Part shown: piece after piece, positions 30,457-40,975 of the stretch
Layout of the letters: each line of letters begins with the position of its first letter
Numbering within the stretch: the first letter of the stretch is position 1
IMG/VR virus record: IMGVR_UViG_3300013126_000012
Coordinates: 32,001 to 96,000 of that record
Length of the DNA stretch: 64,000 bases
DNA from: a virus
Direction: 5' to 3' (one strand)
Notes under the pieces: generated by a model
Database searches by the model: none
What the model was told of the DNA's origin: nothing
The model's input: the letters and a program-made list of their open reading frames with translations, nothing else
Made by a program: the position numbers and the translations under genes

Positions 30457-31536
30457 TCAATCCTGCGGTTTTTTTGTTACTTTAGTGTTTAATTGGCTAC
30501 CTAATACAAATAATTTATTTTGGTGAAAATTTGCGATTGCTGGCGATAATCGATCCTTGCGACATTTTAAAATAGGTGCCAATTCATCGGCAGCTTCTAA
30601 AAACAACGTTTCATTTGACTTGATTATCATGCCCCACCAATTTACTGATGTAATTTTTTCAACAACCATTTTATCTACAATGTTGCAAAATGCATGAATC
30701 ATAGTATCTAAATTATCATCTAATTGATAAAATGATTGTAGTTTTTTGCTTATATTTTGTAACATTGGAATATCTGAATCGTTGCCTAATTTAATAATAC
30801 GACGAATATCTGTTTCGGTTTTTTCTGTATCTAAAAAATCCAAAACCGAATTAATTTGTTCTCGACCTTTCGATTTGCTAATATCTTGACCAGTTAATAG
30901 TTTTGCCATTTCTAAAAAACTATTCAACAATTGTACGCCTTCAGAAGATAATGATCCAAAATCAAAAGTGATCTTTTCATAGTTTTTCAAAGAAACTGTT
31001 TGATCGCCAACTTCGATATCTGCTTCGATGCCAGATTCGCCAGCAACTGCCCCTTTAACTAAGCCGCCATATGAAATTGCAAACCATAATTCTGATTCAT
31101 CGCCATTTGGAATTTTAATCGTATTTTTGATTATATTATACAATGTACTATAAACTCCGCGAATAGGTACAACTCCGGTTGCTAATCGCATTTTTACTGG
31201 ACCAGTAATTAAATCAATTAATTGATCTGATTCGCTACTACTCATAACTGCATCATACATTGCAGATAATCCGATTATTTGCTGGCCTTCGACACTAAAC
31301 TTTGTTTTAATATATTGTTCAAATGATGTAGCATCATTAAATAGCGAATTAATATCAACTAATTCAGTTGCTTCCGTAATACCTTGAGCTCGATTAACAA
31401 CGCGTTGCGCTTCAAGTGGTGAAAGGTCTGTCATTTCTAAAATGATATCATACAACATCTTGTAATCTCGAGATTGCGTTGGATATCCTTTTGGTAATCT
31501 ATAACTCCATTCTGTTAATATTGAATCTATAGTCAT
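30457..31536 (-). CDS. Hypothetical protein, possible PD-(D/E)xK fold, with SILTE leader
   Basis: MTIDSILTEWSYRLPKGYP; GDESE...ADIEV...SLKNY. Confidence 0.55.
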   Translation of the reverse strand: MTIDSILTEWSYRLPKGYPTQSRDYKMLYDIILEMTDLSPLEAQRVVNRAQGITEATELVDINSLFNDATSFEQYIKTKFSVEGQQIIGLSAMYDAVMSSSESDQLIDLITGPVKMRLATGVVPIRGVYSTLYNIIKNTIKIPNGDESELWFAISYGGLVKGAVAGESGIEADIEVGDQTVSLKNYEKITFDFGSLSSEGVQLLNSFLEMAKLLTGQDISKSKGREQINSVLDFLDTEKTETDIRRIIKLGNDSDIPMLQNISKKLQSFYQLDDNLDTMIHAFCNIVDKMVVEKITSVNWWGMIIKSNETLFLEAADELAPILKCRKDRLSPAIANFHQNKLFVLGSQLNTKVTKKPQD

Positions 31537-31583
31537 AATGAGATAGTTTTCATTTTATTATAAATATAATGTACTTTATTTAC

Positions 31584-32222
31584 TTATTTTTTTTTACAGT
31601 TATCAAAATGCCATCTATACATATTTGCTGTACTTTTGCTAGATTTTTTACAATGTGGACATATAACATGTTTTTTAAAAAGCCAAGCATTTGACATATT
31701 TAATTTTTCTAGTTCTGATTTAGGTCTTTTATTTTTATTTCGTATTTTTTCTATAGATTCTGCGGAATGATTCCATGTACCTTTTCGTTTTCTCAAAACT
31801 TCCTTATGTTGTTCGGATATAATTTTTCCAGAATGTATAATTTTATTACGTAATGCTACATCTGGCCTAGGCCCTTTTGGTTTTCCTTTTTGCGTTAAAC
31901 CGCGTTTAATATTAGATTCTATAGAATTTTTCCCAGATTTAGATTCCGATGTGGTTAATCTACAATTTAATCCATTTGGTCCTAAAACATTATATAAATC
32001 TTGATAATATCGTTCTCGATTATTTAATTGATTAATATCACATTCTTCTAAAATAATAAATTGATGCCGATCTATACCATATTTATCAATTGATTTTTTT
32101 AATCTTGTTTGAAATTTAAAATTATTATTTCGTTTATATGATGTCCATCGTTTTTCAATATTAATTGATTGGCCTATATAAATTTTATTAGATGGCGATA
32201 TAATTTTATAAATTCCGATCAT
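31584..32222 (-). mobile_element. GIY-YIG homing endonuclease
   Basis: IGIYKI...IYIGQSINIEKRW, ERYY, NUMOD-like tail, CPHC...RWHFDNCK. Confidence 0.9.
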
Positions 32223-33538
32223 TTTTTTATCTTTTGAATATTATCATATGTAACACCATATTTCATTTTTATAGGAAATCCACCTTTTTCTAATAAATAT
32301 TGCAATTTTAGTATAATTTGTATTTCTGATAATTCTAAATCTATCAAAATACTATCGTATGTATATAACACTATGCAACTTTCTGTATCTTGTAACAACG
32401 CTTGTACTTGTTGCAATTTGCGTACGGATACTTCGGTTTCAATGGCCTGCAAATAGTAGTTAAACAATTTAAATGCTGTCATGTTTTGCACTGCATCTTT
32501 GCATATACTACGTTTTGTTATGGGCGTATGAATGCATCCGTTGCGTTTCCATTTATCCCATAATGCATACACAAAATCATTTACTTTGCGAAAAAATGGT
32601 ATTGATAAAAATTCAGAATCGATGCCACCATATAACAAACGAAACGTTATAGCTTTGCTTTCTGCTCGTTGTTCTTCTGTTAATGTATCCGTATCGAAAT
32701 AAAATCGACCTAAATAATCATGTATAGATGATGTGGGCAATTCATAACCAATAGCCGTTGCAATCAATCTAACATGATATGAATCAAAATCCATTTCAAC
32801 TAAAGCACCTCGTTCAAATCGACTACAAAATGCTGCTCGGGTACCATCTTCTTTGTTCATTGCAGCAAAATTGAATCCACCAAATGCATTACTAGGTCGA
32901 CCTGTTACGGTATGATAATTGTATTGTGAATATACTCGTTGATTGTGAATCAATTCTGGCATACGAAATTCATCAGTAACTGCCAATCCTGCAGATTCAA
33001 TACGTGCAAATACTTCCGGATATGTTGCATTGAACTGCAAATATGATTCTGTTAATTCTGCATTAACACACATTGGCCAAGCATAGTGTCGAATCTTTTG
33101 ACACATTGCTAAATGTTGCTGTAATGGCACAATGCTATTAACTGCAGGCAAATTTGTGTGTCGTCGCCAATAAAAGCGATGTGCTGCAGTTGGATAATGC
33201 GATTCATCATATGCTTCTGAATATGTATACCACCACAATGTCTTAACATCCCATACGGCGGCATTTCCTCCCGTTTGTAACCATTGCTTCTTGTCATGAA
33301 CAAAGATATTCTCTAATGCCAAAAACTCCGGGACAAGCTCAGTAAAGCCCCTTAGTTGTTCAGAATGACGAAATGGAATTATGCGCTCTACAGCATCTTC
33401 GGTATAAACATATACAGCACATAATGCGTTTACTGCAACATGTTGTGTGGGACTACAAAATACGGGAACTAGCAAAGTTTTGCGACCTTGAATGAACTTC
33501 AATGTAGCGCGAGCATCTTCTATAGTATCCACAATCAT
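32219..33538 (-). CDS. Minimal family A DNA polymerase-like protein
   Basis: TVTGRPS, motif A EMDFDSYHVRL, motif B RAESKAITFRLLYGG, NYYLQAIE, motif C YTYDSILID; only 439 aa. Confidence 0.8.
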   Translation of the reverse strand: MIVDTIEDARATLKFIQGRKTLLVPVFCSPTQHVAVNALCAVYVYTEDAVERIIPFRHSEQLRGFTELVPEFLALENIFVHDKKQWLQTGGNAAVWDVKTLWWYTYSEAYDESHYPTAAHRFYWRRHTNLPAVNSIVPLQQHLAMCQKIRHYAWPMCVNAELTESYLQFNATYPEVFARIESAGLAVTDEFRMPELIHNQRVYSQYNYHTVTGRPSNAFGGFNFAAMNKEDGTRAAFCSRFERGALVEMDFDSYHVRLIATAIGYELPTSSIHDYLGRFYFDTDTLTEEQRAESKAITFRLLYGGIDSEFLSIPFFRKVNDFVYALWDKWKRNGCIHTPITKRSICKDAVQNMTAFKLFNYYLQAIETEVSVRKLQQVQALLQDTESCIVLYTYDSILIDLELSEIQIILKLQYLLEKGGFPIKMKYGVTYDNIQKIKK

Positions 33539-33561
33539 ATATGAATAATAAGAAAAAAATC

Positions 33562-34182
33562 TTAAGAATCCAAACCGTTGATGTCCTTAGGTACGATAAT
33601 GTCGACATCAGAATAAAATTGAATTGGATTTGACAATACTACATTTATTCCTGGCATAGTTTCTTGAACTACTCGTATTGCATTTAAATTTTGTTGCATT
33701 ACACTAGGTATTTCTACTCCATTTTTATATTGAGTTTCAAGTGCTCCAGTTATAACCCATTTAATTGCAATGGTTTGATATAAATTTTTGTCAATTCGTT
33801 TAGCTAAATATGCATTGTATTGTTGTAAATCTATTTCTATAATCTTTGATTCGTTTGTTTTTTTAATAAAATATCTAGTTATAAATCCAGCAACGCGATC
33901 GGATTGATTTATAATTGGAGTATAAGATTGCGGCGTTTGTGTCTGAACCGTTATCGTTTTTAATTGTTTATATGATGTAACGGTTACTGATTCTGTAATA
34001 AATGGTAATAATTTGATTGATTTTTGAGGATTCCACTCTGTTTCAGAATATACTTCTCCAGTTGTATATGTATGATATGGTCCAATGTATTCTGCACCTG
34101 ATTCCGTTTGCCATTCTGAGCCAGTTGTGTATAATGCTTTTGTTATTTGGTTTGGAGTATAATGTAAACGCAATCTAGCCAT
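33562..34182 (-). CDS. Hypothetical protein at the end of the baseplate operon
   Basis: Position; no function recognised. Confidence 0.6.
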   Translation of the reverse strand: MARLRLHYTPNQITKALYTTGSEWQTESGAEYIGPYHTYTTGEVYSETEWNPQKSIKLLPFITESVTVTSYKQLKTITVQTQTPQSYTPIINQSDRVAGFITRYFIKKTNESKIIEIDLQQYNAYLAKRIDKNLYQTIAIKWVITGALETQYKNGVEIPSVMQQNLNAIRVVQETMPGINVVLSNPIQFYSDVDIIVPKDINGLDS

Positions 34183-34189
34183 ATCTTAC

Positions 34190-36196
34190 TTATTTTTTAA
34201 TTCGAACTCGAGGATTACATTTGATTTTTGTTTGCCATTGTCCGCTTGTTTGTATGGTATGTGTAATTCCTAAAACCGTAAATACAAATGCATCCGTATA
34301 TCGTTTTGGTAATCCATCAAAATTTAAAACATCGCCAAATTTAAATCCATTGATGCCGTCGATTGTAAATTCTAAATCCATTGGAAATATAGATTTTGTT
34401 TGTTCAATCGAATCTTCTATATTTTCATAGTAAAATGACACATAATTTTCCAATGCCTTTTCTAAATTATCAATTATTTCTGGCACATCTGGTTTTAAAA
34501 CGTAGTCATATTTTTTATCACCTAATTCTAACAATGCAGTTTTATGTCGGTTAGCCCAATCTTGTTGTAATTTAATTTTAGCATCGCCATCTGCATAAAT
34601 ATATGGATTATATGCAGTTTGTTTTTGAGTACCAGTATTCCATGATTCAACACCAAATATCATGTTTTTCACACTAGTTGGAACATTTGATGTTAATGTG
34701 AATTCTCTAACAACCGAAGTACCTGTTTTTGTTGCAAATGCTGGTAATGTAAATTCATCGATGTTGGTTGTAGATTTGGTATAAAATGAATCCGTATATA
34801 ATAACACATCCGGGGCTGTTGGATGTTGAACCAATACCATATTAATTGATTTACCGGTATGATTTAATATCATTTCGCTTATTCGAATCAATAAATTTTT
34901 TATAGTAGGCTGTTTACTTAAATCTCCAGGTGTTCCATCTAATGATGTAATAATATCTCTGATAACTAAAGTATCGATATAAATTCTACTAGGAAATGCT
35001 TCATTGTTAACAATAAATCCGGGAGAAACTGGTTCTACTTTTGGAAACATTTTTAAAATTTTATTTCGATCCGGTTGTTGAGCTCGCGTAGGATTTGAAT
35101 CAAAAAAGTATTGATCAGTTACGCTATCTGATTTTCCATGCCACAATAATACCTTTAAAGGATTGGCGGAAACTAATCGCTCATAAACATTGCTAAAACA
35201 AAACTTATCATCGCATGTAATAAGTGCAGCTTCATTAATATTAACAAGTAATTTTGTATTGATATGATCAATTAAATATGCTAAACTAATCATTTTTTTA
35301 AGTTTAGGAGTATTACTAGAACCTATATCATATGGTGTTCCTACGATAATTCCTTTATCAGTAGAACCGGGCACTAAATATTCAAATTCAGTTTGTGCAT
35401 TTTGTTCATATGTTTTTGAAATTGCATCAATATCTGCAATTAAACTTGTATATAAATTTTGAACTTGGCTAGTTTGTGTAGTACCTGTAGTATCAGTTTC
35501 TTCGCCTTTATTAATATAAACCTGAACATCTGCATATGTATTAGTTGTACCAATTGCATCAATTGATACTGAAACAGTACCGTCTGAATTATATGTAAAT
35601 GAAAATGATGATATTCTACCTTGAAAATAAAATTCATTCATTTTTCGTAAATTTGAAATATCAATGCCCGGATACAATTCTTGTATTTGTTTAGTCGATG
35701 GCAATTTATCATCATCTAACATTGGATCTGTTATGATAGCTTCGTTAGGATGTGCAATTTTTAAACGTATATGTCGACCTGGCTTACAATATATTTCTTC
35801 AATTTCAAATAAATCCGTGGTACCATCAAATACCATTATAGTAAATGTTGCTTTGTTTAAATGTCCTTTTGATTGATCTGTTGTTTCAATTGTTACGTCT
35901 TGTATTACCGGCGGAATTCTATGTGCTGGACGAACTGCATCGTTTAAATATCCTACTGGTCCAGATGGCATATATGAATTTGCAATTGGCGTTAAACCTC
36001 CCAATATTCCGAAACCACCAATTGGTGCAGAATCTGCAGTTGGTTTTGATGCATATGCTTCCAAAACAACACCAGCCATTTTACCTAACATAAAATCAAA
36101 AGCTTTAGTCGATCGATTAGAAACGCCTGTTGCACCGCGAGCTATTAATTCTCGTTGAACTGCTCCATTAACTTGTGAATAAAATAATGAACTCAT
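34190..36196 (-). CDS. Putative baseplate hub protein
   Basis: Follows LysM gene; C-terminal LEFTIDGINGFKFGD...F.V.GITH......W.T.I OB-like end. Confidence 0.6.
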   Translation of the reverse strand: MSSLFYSQVNGAVQRELIARGATGVSNRSTKAFDFMLGKMAGVVLEAYASKPTADSAPIGGFGILGGLTPIANSYMPSGPVGYLNDAVRPAHRIPPVIQDVTIETTDQSKGHLNKATFTIMVFDGTTDLFEIEEIYCKPGRHIRLKIAHPNEAIITDPMLDDDKLPSTKQIQELYPGIDISNLRKMNEFYFQGRISSFSFTYNSDGTVSVSIDAIGTTNTYADVQVYINKGEETDTTGTTQTSQVQNLYTSLIADIDAISKTYEQNAQTEFEYLVPGSTDKGIIVGTPYDIGSSNTPKLKKMISLAYLIDHINTKLLVNINEAALITCDDKFCFSNVYERLVSANPLKVLLWHGKSDSVTDQYFFDSNPTRAQQPDRNKILKMFPKVEPVSPGFIVNNEAFPSRIYIDTLVIRDIITSLDGTPGDLSKQPTIKNLLIRISEMILNHTGKSINMVLVQHPTAPDVLLYTDSFYTKSTTNIDEFTLPAFATKTGTSVVREFTLTSNVPTSVKNMIFGVESWNTGTQKQTAYNPYIYADGDAKIKLQQDWANRHKTALLELGDKKYDYVLKPDVPEIIDNLEKALENYVSFYYENIEDSIEQTKSIFPMDLEFTIDGINGFKFGDVLNFDGLPKRYTDAFVFTVLGITHTIQTSGQWQTKIKCNPRVRIKK

Positions 36197-36492
36197 CTAG
36201 ATGTATTTACTTTTTGTATCTGTGCTTCTAAATTAGAAACATCTGGTATTCTTAATAACGTATTTTGTGGAACAATTAAAGATCCTTTACCTAATCCATT
36301 TGCTGCAGCAATTACCCACCATAATGTAACATCGCCATATAAATCAAATGCCAATAAGTCTAGACGTTCTATAGTTGTTGTTTGAATATATGTATCATTT
36401 GGCGATAATTGAATGTTCGGTAAGATAATGGTAGATCTTCGTTGTTTACCATTTGCATTTTTTATAATTTTAGATTCAGCATATCGATTCAT
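36193..36492 (-). CDS. LysM-like baseplate wedge protein (gp53/tail X-like)
   Basis: ERLDLLAFDLYGDVTLWWVIAAANG...LRIP. Confidence 0.85.
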   Translation of the reverse strand: MNRYAESKIIKNANGKQRRSTIILPNIQLSPNDTYIQTTTIERLDLLAFDLYGDVTLWWVIAAANGLGKGSLIVPQNTLLRIPDVSNLEAQIQKVNTSR

Positions 36493-36526
36493 AATATATC
36501 TTATTTAATTATTTTATTTATTTTAG

Positions 36527-38197
36527 TTACAAAATAAACGGAATATTTGCTATTTGTTGTGCAGTTTCCGTTGGGGTCGTAGATAATTCTCCAACATTTG
36601 TTGTTTTAGTTTTATTTTGACGACTTTCTTCTAACCAACGTTTCAATGTTACTGATTCATCATTTGTTCCAAAATCACTTAACCAATTATCCCCACCTTC
36701 AATTGGCGTACCAGTTTGACCATCAAATGTTTTAGCCAATGAATAGAATTTACCATGTTTTTGTGGTAGCCAATCTGTCAATACATTTAGTCCCATTTGC
36801 ACGGTAACTTTATGCGGAACTTCCATCATGGTGGGGTCTCCTTCTATATTAATTTCCCATGTTGTGTCGGCATCTGTTAATGTATATGATAATGAAGAAA
36901 TAATTACAGGCTGTTGTACAAATAAATCTCCAATTGTCATACGCAACCATGGTGATTTCATTGCAATGGTATTAACACTATATTCTGGAGTCGTGTACCC
37001 TGCAAGTGCATTAAGTTTTCGCCAAATTGGCTTTACTTCATCACGCGAAGTTGCATACACCGTAAAATTAATTTGAAGCTCACGCGAATATCCTGTATAA
37101 ATATAATTGGGGTCTGCTCGTCCTATCATTTGTGCTTCCGTCCATGACGGCGAATGCGTATCCGATAATGAATCAATTGTTGCACGGAATACGATAATAT
37201 CATCTTTATCGGCAGTATTACCAGCATGTAATTTTGGACCAGTAAAATAAAATTTTATAAAATCTTTTGTTAGGTCTGTTGCTGAAATAAAACTATTGAA
37301 TTTATCCCATTTTTGATTTCCAGCATTCCATTGTGGTCTCCAAACATATACGCTTTTTAATTTGCGTTGACCAAAATCAATTACGTTAATTTTATCACCT
37401 AAAAATTCGGTAGCTCGTTCTAATGGATTTGCAGTTGGAACCCATTTACCATCTTTTGGAGTAGGTCCGATTACCCAACGGGTTGCAACATTTGATCGTA
37501 TGGAAAAATCTCGTCGAAGTGCATTTGGATTTCCTTGATCTCCCCAACCATATATTGATTCAATGTTAAATACGGTATAAGCGCCCCCAGGTAATATCGA
37601 AGCGGCTGCATATGCAATACTATTTGCAACGCCTCGGGCATCTAAATTAAAAGCTCCGCGGGCTGCTGCCGATGCTCCATCTAATCTTACTGTGTCGACA
37701 TCGAATATATTGCCGGAATATCGAAATGATCTAAAATCTTTATATTTTGATAATGTCCAATTTTCAATGTCATCGATTCTATATATAGGCATTGCAACAT
37801 ATGGCTGACCCATATTTTCGTCACCGCCGGCTAACATGTATGCTGTTGTTTCTAATGGAATTGGAATTTTTGAAATTAATGGTTGAACAAATTGCTGGGT
37901 TAATGGATTTCCAATACCAGATGCAACACCCGAGATTGCATTTTTTCCTATAGTTAGCCATGTAGCACCTTTAGCTACATTTCCTCGGTTCTGCAATAGG
38001 CTGTATCTAGATGGGTATGTTGCACCAGCTGGATTTGTTAGCAATCGAAAATCATTTTCATTTACATTGGCATTGAGATTAACCACAGGAAATATAGTAT
38101 TAGCATATAACAATTGTTCGGAGGCCGTTTTTATAATAGATTGGTCCGGAAATGTAGTATTGCCATATGGATTATTTATATTGTATTGTGTTGGCAT
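36527..38197 (-). CDS. Putative baseplate/tail-tube initiator protein
   Basis: FRATI..LSD...W.....GRADPNYIYTGYSR..INFTV...P.LRMTIGDL; follows tape measure. Confidence 0.65.
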   Translation of the reverse strand: MPTQYNINNPYGNTTFPDQSIIKTASEQLLYANTIFPVVNLNANVNENDFRLLTNPAGATYPSRYSLLQNRGNVAKGATWLTIGKNAISGVASGIGNPLTQQFVQPLISKIPIPLETTAYMLAGGDENMGQPYVAMPIYRIDDIENWTLSKYKDFRSFRYSGNIFDVDTVRLDGASAAARGAFNLDARGVANSIAYAAASILPGGAYTVFNIESIYGWGDQGNPNALRRDFSIRSNVATRWVIGPTPKDGKWVPTANPLERATEFLGDKINVIDFGQRKLKSVYVWRPQWNAGNQKWDKFNSFISATDLTKDFIKFYFTGPKLHAGNTADKDDIIVFRATIDSLSDTHSPSWTEAQMIGRADPNYIYTGYSRELQINFTVYATSRDEVKPIWRKLNALAGYTTPEYSVNTIAMKSPWLRMTIGDLFVQQPVIISSLSYTLTDADTTWEINIEGDPTMMEVPHKVTVQMGLNVLTDWLPQKHGKFYSLAKTFDGQTGTPIEGGDNWLSDFGTNDESVTLKRWLEESRQNKTKTTNVGELSTTPTETAQQIANIPFIL

Positions 38198-38205
38198 TGT
38201 GTTCC

Positions 38206-39930
38206 TTATGCTATATTACCTAAATTGTTCATAGCTTGACCTTTTCTAATTTGCAATCTAGATGCAATTTTATCTCCATCAAATACGTTGGTTACTTGAA
38301 ACGACATTCCTTGTAATGCGGTAGCTACTGCAGATGCAATTACTCCTGCATCTACACCGCCGCCGGTAGCTCCTCGTATATTTGGTGCTGCTAAAACATC
38401 ATCTCTACCATCCAATGTAAATGATCCGAATGGTCCGGATACTACGGTATTAGCTCCGCCGGCGGGAATAAATAAATCTTGTTTTTTCGTATTTCCTAAT
38501 GCTTCATCATAACCGTCTTTATCGCTGCCGGCCTTAAGTACATCATAGATTGCAGTAAATGATTTAACTACACTACCGGCGCCATATAAATACTTCATCA
38601 TATTGCTACTACCTATAGCCGTAACCAACTTTTCTGAAGCGCCGAATAATTTATCGCTAATTGCTGTAGCATTAGCAGCCAAATCATTTACTTGTTTTTG
38701 ATATGACTCTGCATTATAACCCGTTTTAGGGTCGAGTATCGCATCGGTAATTTGTTGTTGTGCCTTATCTTGTTGTTTTTCAAGTTCTGTTTGTTTAGAT
38801 TCTAATGCAATTGCCGTCTCTTGCAATGTTAATTCTCTATCAGTTATGTTGTTTGCCGTTTTATAATCAGCTATTAATTTTTTGTTAAGTTCGAGACGTT
38901 CTGCTTCTTCAGCTTTTGTATCTTCAGTAACTTGATTATTTAATTGCATCTGAGAATACATTGCTAATAAATCTGCTTTTTGCATTCCTAATGCTTCAGC
39001 TGCCGATTGCAATAAGTATGGATTTTTTGCAAACTGTTCGCCGTTATTTTTAACAAAATTCGAAATTTCTTCAGTTATTGCTAATGCATCTCCTTCTAAA
39101 CGAGCTTTTTGTATTGCAGCAATATTTAAGTTGTCCGCTCCAAGTATTTGAAGTTCAATTTCCTTACCAATTGCCGATTCAATATCTAACATCGAATCGC
39201 CAACAGTTAATACATCACTTAATGCTATACCTAATTTTTTAGTTTTAATTACAGCTTCTGCTAATTTTTCAGGCATACGACCAAAAGTTGCTGCAACTTC
39301 TGCATCAACGCCACCTAGGCCGTCAATTAAATCGGTATATACACCTTGATATTCAGATTCATATTTTTTTGCAATACTTAAAATAGCTGCTTCTGATTTT
39401 TGAAATCCATCAGCTGCAGTTTTACCCATCAATGCTTGGTTTTGGTAAAATTTATTAACAACGTCAGAAGCGATACCTAATTTATTTCTATATTGTTCCG
39501 TAGTTTTTGCTAATTTTCCGGTGAATGTATTTTCATTTTTGATACTAGCAATAAATGCAGCTCGCCCTGGTAATAATGAATTTAATTCTACTGCATAATC
39601 TTTTAACTTTTGAGCATTAACTCCGATTTTTTTTGCTAATGTATCAAATTGAAATCCGAGTTTAGCTGATGCGGCAGTTGAGGCGCTAAAGCCTTGACGT
39701 AATGCATCATTACGTTCTTCAAGTATATTTATCTTATCATATGCATCTTGAGCTTGTTTTGCTAAAAAACCAAATGCATTATCTCGTACTACATCTTGAT
39801 AGCCTTTTGTATATCCTTTGAAAAGGTTATTTAATGCAGATGCTGCATTTTCAAATTCACCCATACCTAATCTAGGTTGCCGTTTTAGGCGTTTAATAAG
39901 ATGTAATTGTTCATTTTGCATGATTGCCAT
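38206..39930 (-). CDS. Tape measure protein (short)
   Basis: Ala/Gln-rich helical sequence, LDIESAIGKEIELQIL, AEALGM; follows frameshifted chaperone. Confidence 0.7.
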   Translation of the reverse strand: MAIMQNEQLHLIKRLKRQPRLGMGEFENAASALNNLFKGYTKGYQDVVRDNAFGFLAKQAQDAYDKINILEERNDALRQGFSASTAASAKLGFQFDTLAKKIGVNAQKLKDYAVELNSLLPGRAAFIASIKNENTFTGKLAKTTEQYRNKLGIASDVVNKFYQNQALMGKTAADGFQKSEAAILSIAKKYESEYQGVYTDLIDGLGGVDAEVAATFGRMPEKLAEAVIKTKKLGIALSDVLTVGDSMLDIESAIGKEIELQILGADNLNIAAIQKARLEGDALAITEEISNFVKNNGEQFAKNPYLLQSAAEALGMQKADLLAMYSQMQLNNQVTEDTKAEEAERLELNKKLIADYKTANNITDRELTLQETAIALESKQTELEKQQDKAQQQITDAILDPKTGYNAESYQKQVNDLAANATAISDKLFGASEKLVTAIGSSNMMKYLYGAGSVVKSFTAIYDVLKAGSDKDGYDEALGNTKKQDLFIPAGGANTVVSGPFGSFTLDGRDDVLAAPNIRGATGGGVDAGVIASAVATALQGMSFQVTNVFDGDKIASRLQIRKGQAMNNLGNIA

Positions 39931-39943
39931 TTTTATATAAATA

Positions 39944-40181
39944 TCATAATGGCGATTTTACGACCTTTCGTTTTCTACGAGCGTCAGCCATTGATTGTTG
40001 TTGCGATTTGCGTTGCTCTTCTTCAGCTATCATTTTTTCAATTCTACGAATCCAATAGCGTCTTAAATAAACTGGCATAGTATACAAAGTATTCCAGTCC
40101 CATCGGCCAGCACCATACCATAACATGTTAAATAAAGAATCGTGAAATTTTACTCGATCTTGTGGTTTAAAACCAAAAAAA
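39944..40181 (-). CDS. -1 frameshift extension of tail assembly chaperone (G-T type)
   Basis: -1 frame opens across T7 run: FFGFKPQDRVKFH...WDWNTLYTMPVYLRRYWIRRI. Confidence 0.72.
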
Positions 40182-40928
40182 GTCTGCTCCAATCGGAAAC
40201 CCGGAGATGAAGGTGCTCCCATCTTCACCTTCAAATTCATATCGCATAAGTAAATCTGGCATATTGTTTGCAATAAAATCTCGAAACTTTTTAGAATCTT
40301 TAGCAAAGAATTTATATCGAATAAATTCTTGAATCTCTGCTGTATTTCTTGATTCATTAACTTGCGTAATGCTTCGTTCTAAAAATTCTGATGTTTTTAA
40401 GTTAGTATCATCGCCCGCAGATAAAAATTTAAATTTTAGTTTAGTACCATCTGGTAATGCATAATCAAATTCTCCATTGTCATCTGATTGTAATTTAAAT
40501 TCGCCTGAATCTAATTTTGATAAATCTACAACCCGTTTTAATTCATTACGCGTTTTTGGGTCTCGAACTACAACATCATATTCTTTACCATAACTTAAAA
40601 TTCTTGCAGCAATGATTAATCCATTTTTATCTAAACGAGAAACCGTTGCATATTCTACGGGAGTTACAATCAAAGCTTCTAGCAATTTATCCAACACAAC
40701 ACCTTGTTCAAAATATGATGGATTTGTTAAAATATCTTCATCATATGCAGTCATATATCGCATTTCTATAGTACCACTCCGGAGCGGATGATCTTTAGGA
40801 TATACCATTCCGCGACTTAGCAACGGAATTATTTCGCTAGGTATATTGTTGCGTTTTTCTTGTTCGTATCGACGTTTTGCAAGTTGAATTAAATCTTGAT
40901 TTGTAACTCGATCTGTCATATTACTCAT
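40167..40928 (-). CDS. Tail assembly chaperone
   Basis: LLSRG..YP, MRYMTAYDEDIL, ARILSYG; ends GADFFWF at the slippery site; between tube and tape measure. Confidence 0.72.
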   Translation of the reverse strand: MSNMTDRVTNQDLIQLAKRRYEQEKRNNIPSEIIPLLSRGMVYPKDHPLRSGTIEMRYMTAYDEDILTNPSYFEQGVVLDKLLEALIVTPVEYATVSRLDKNGLIIAARILSYGKEYDVVVRDPKTRNELKRVVDLSKLDSGEFKLQSDDNGEFDYALPDGTKLKFKFLSAGDDTNLKTSEFLERSITQVNESRNTAEIQEFIRYKFFAKDSKKFRDFIANNMPDLLMRYEFEGEDGSTFISGFPIGADFFWF

Positions 40929-40975
40929 TTGTATTTCTCCTATAACTTAATTTATTATAAATATGTTCGAACATG

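Noticed and set aside
40182-40357. Independent 137-aa gene starting at 40357
   Set aside because: Its first ~59 codons overlap the chaperone out of frame; better explained as a -1 frameshift extension
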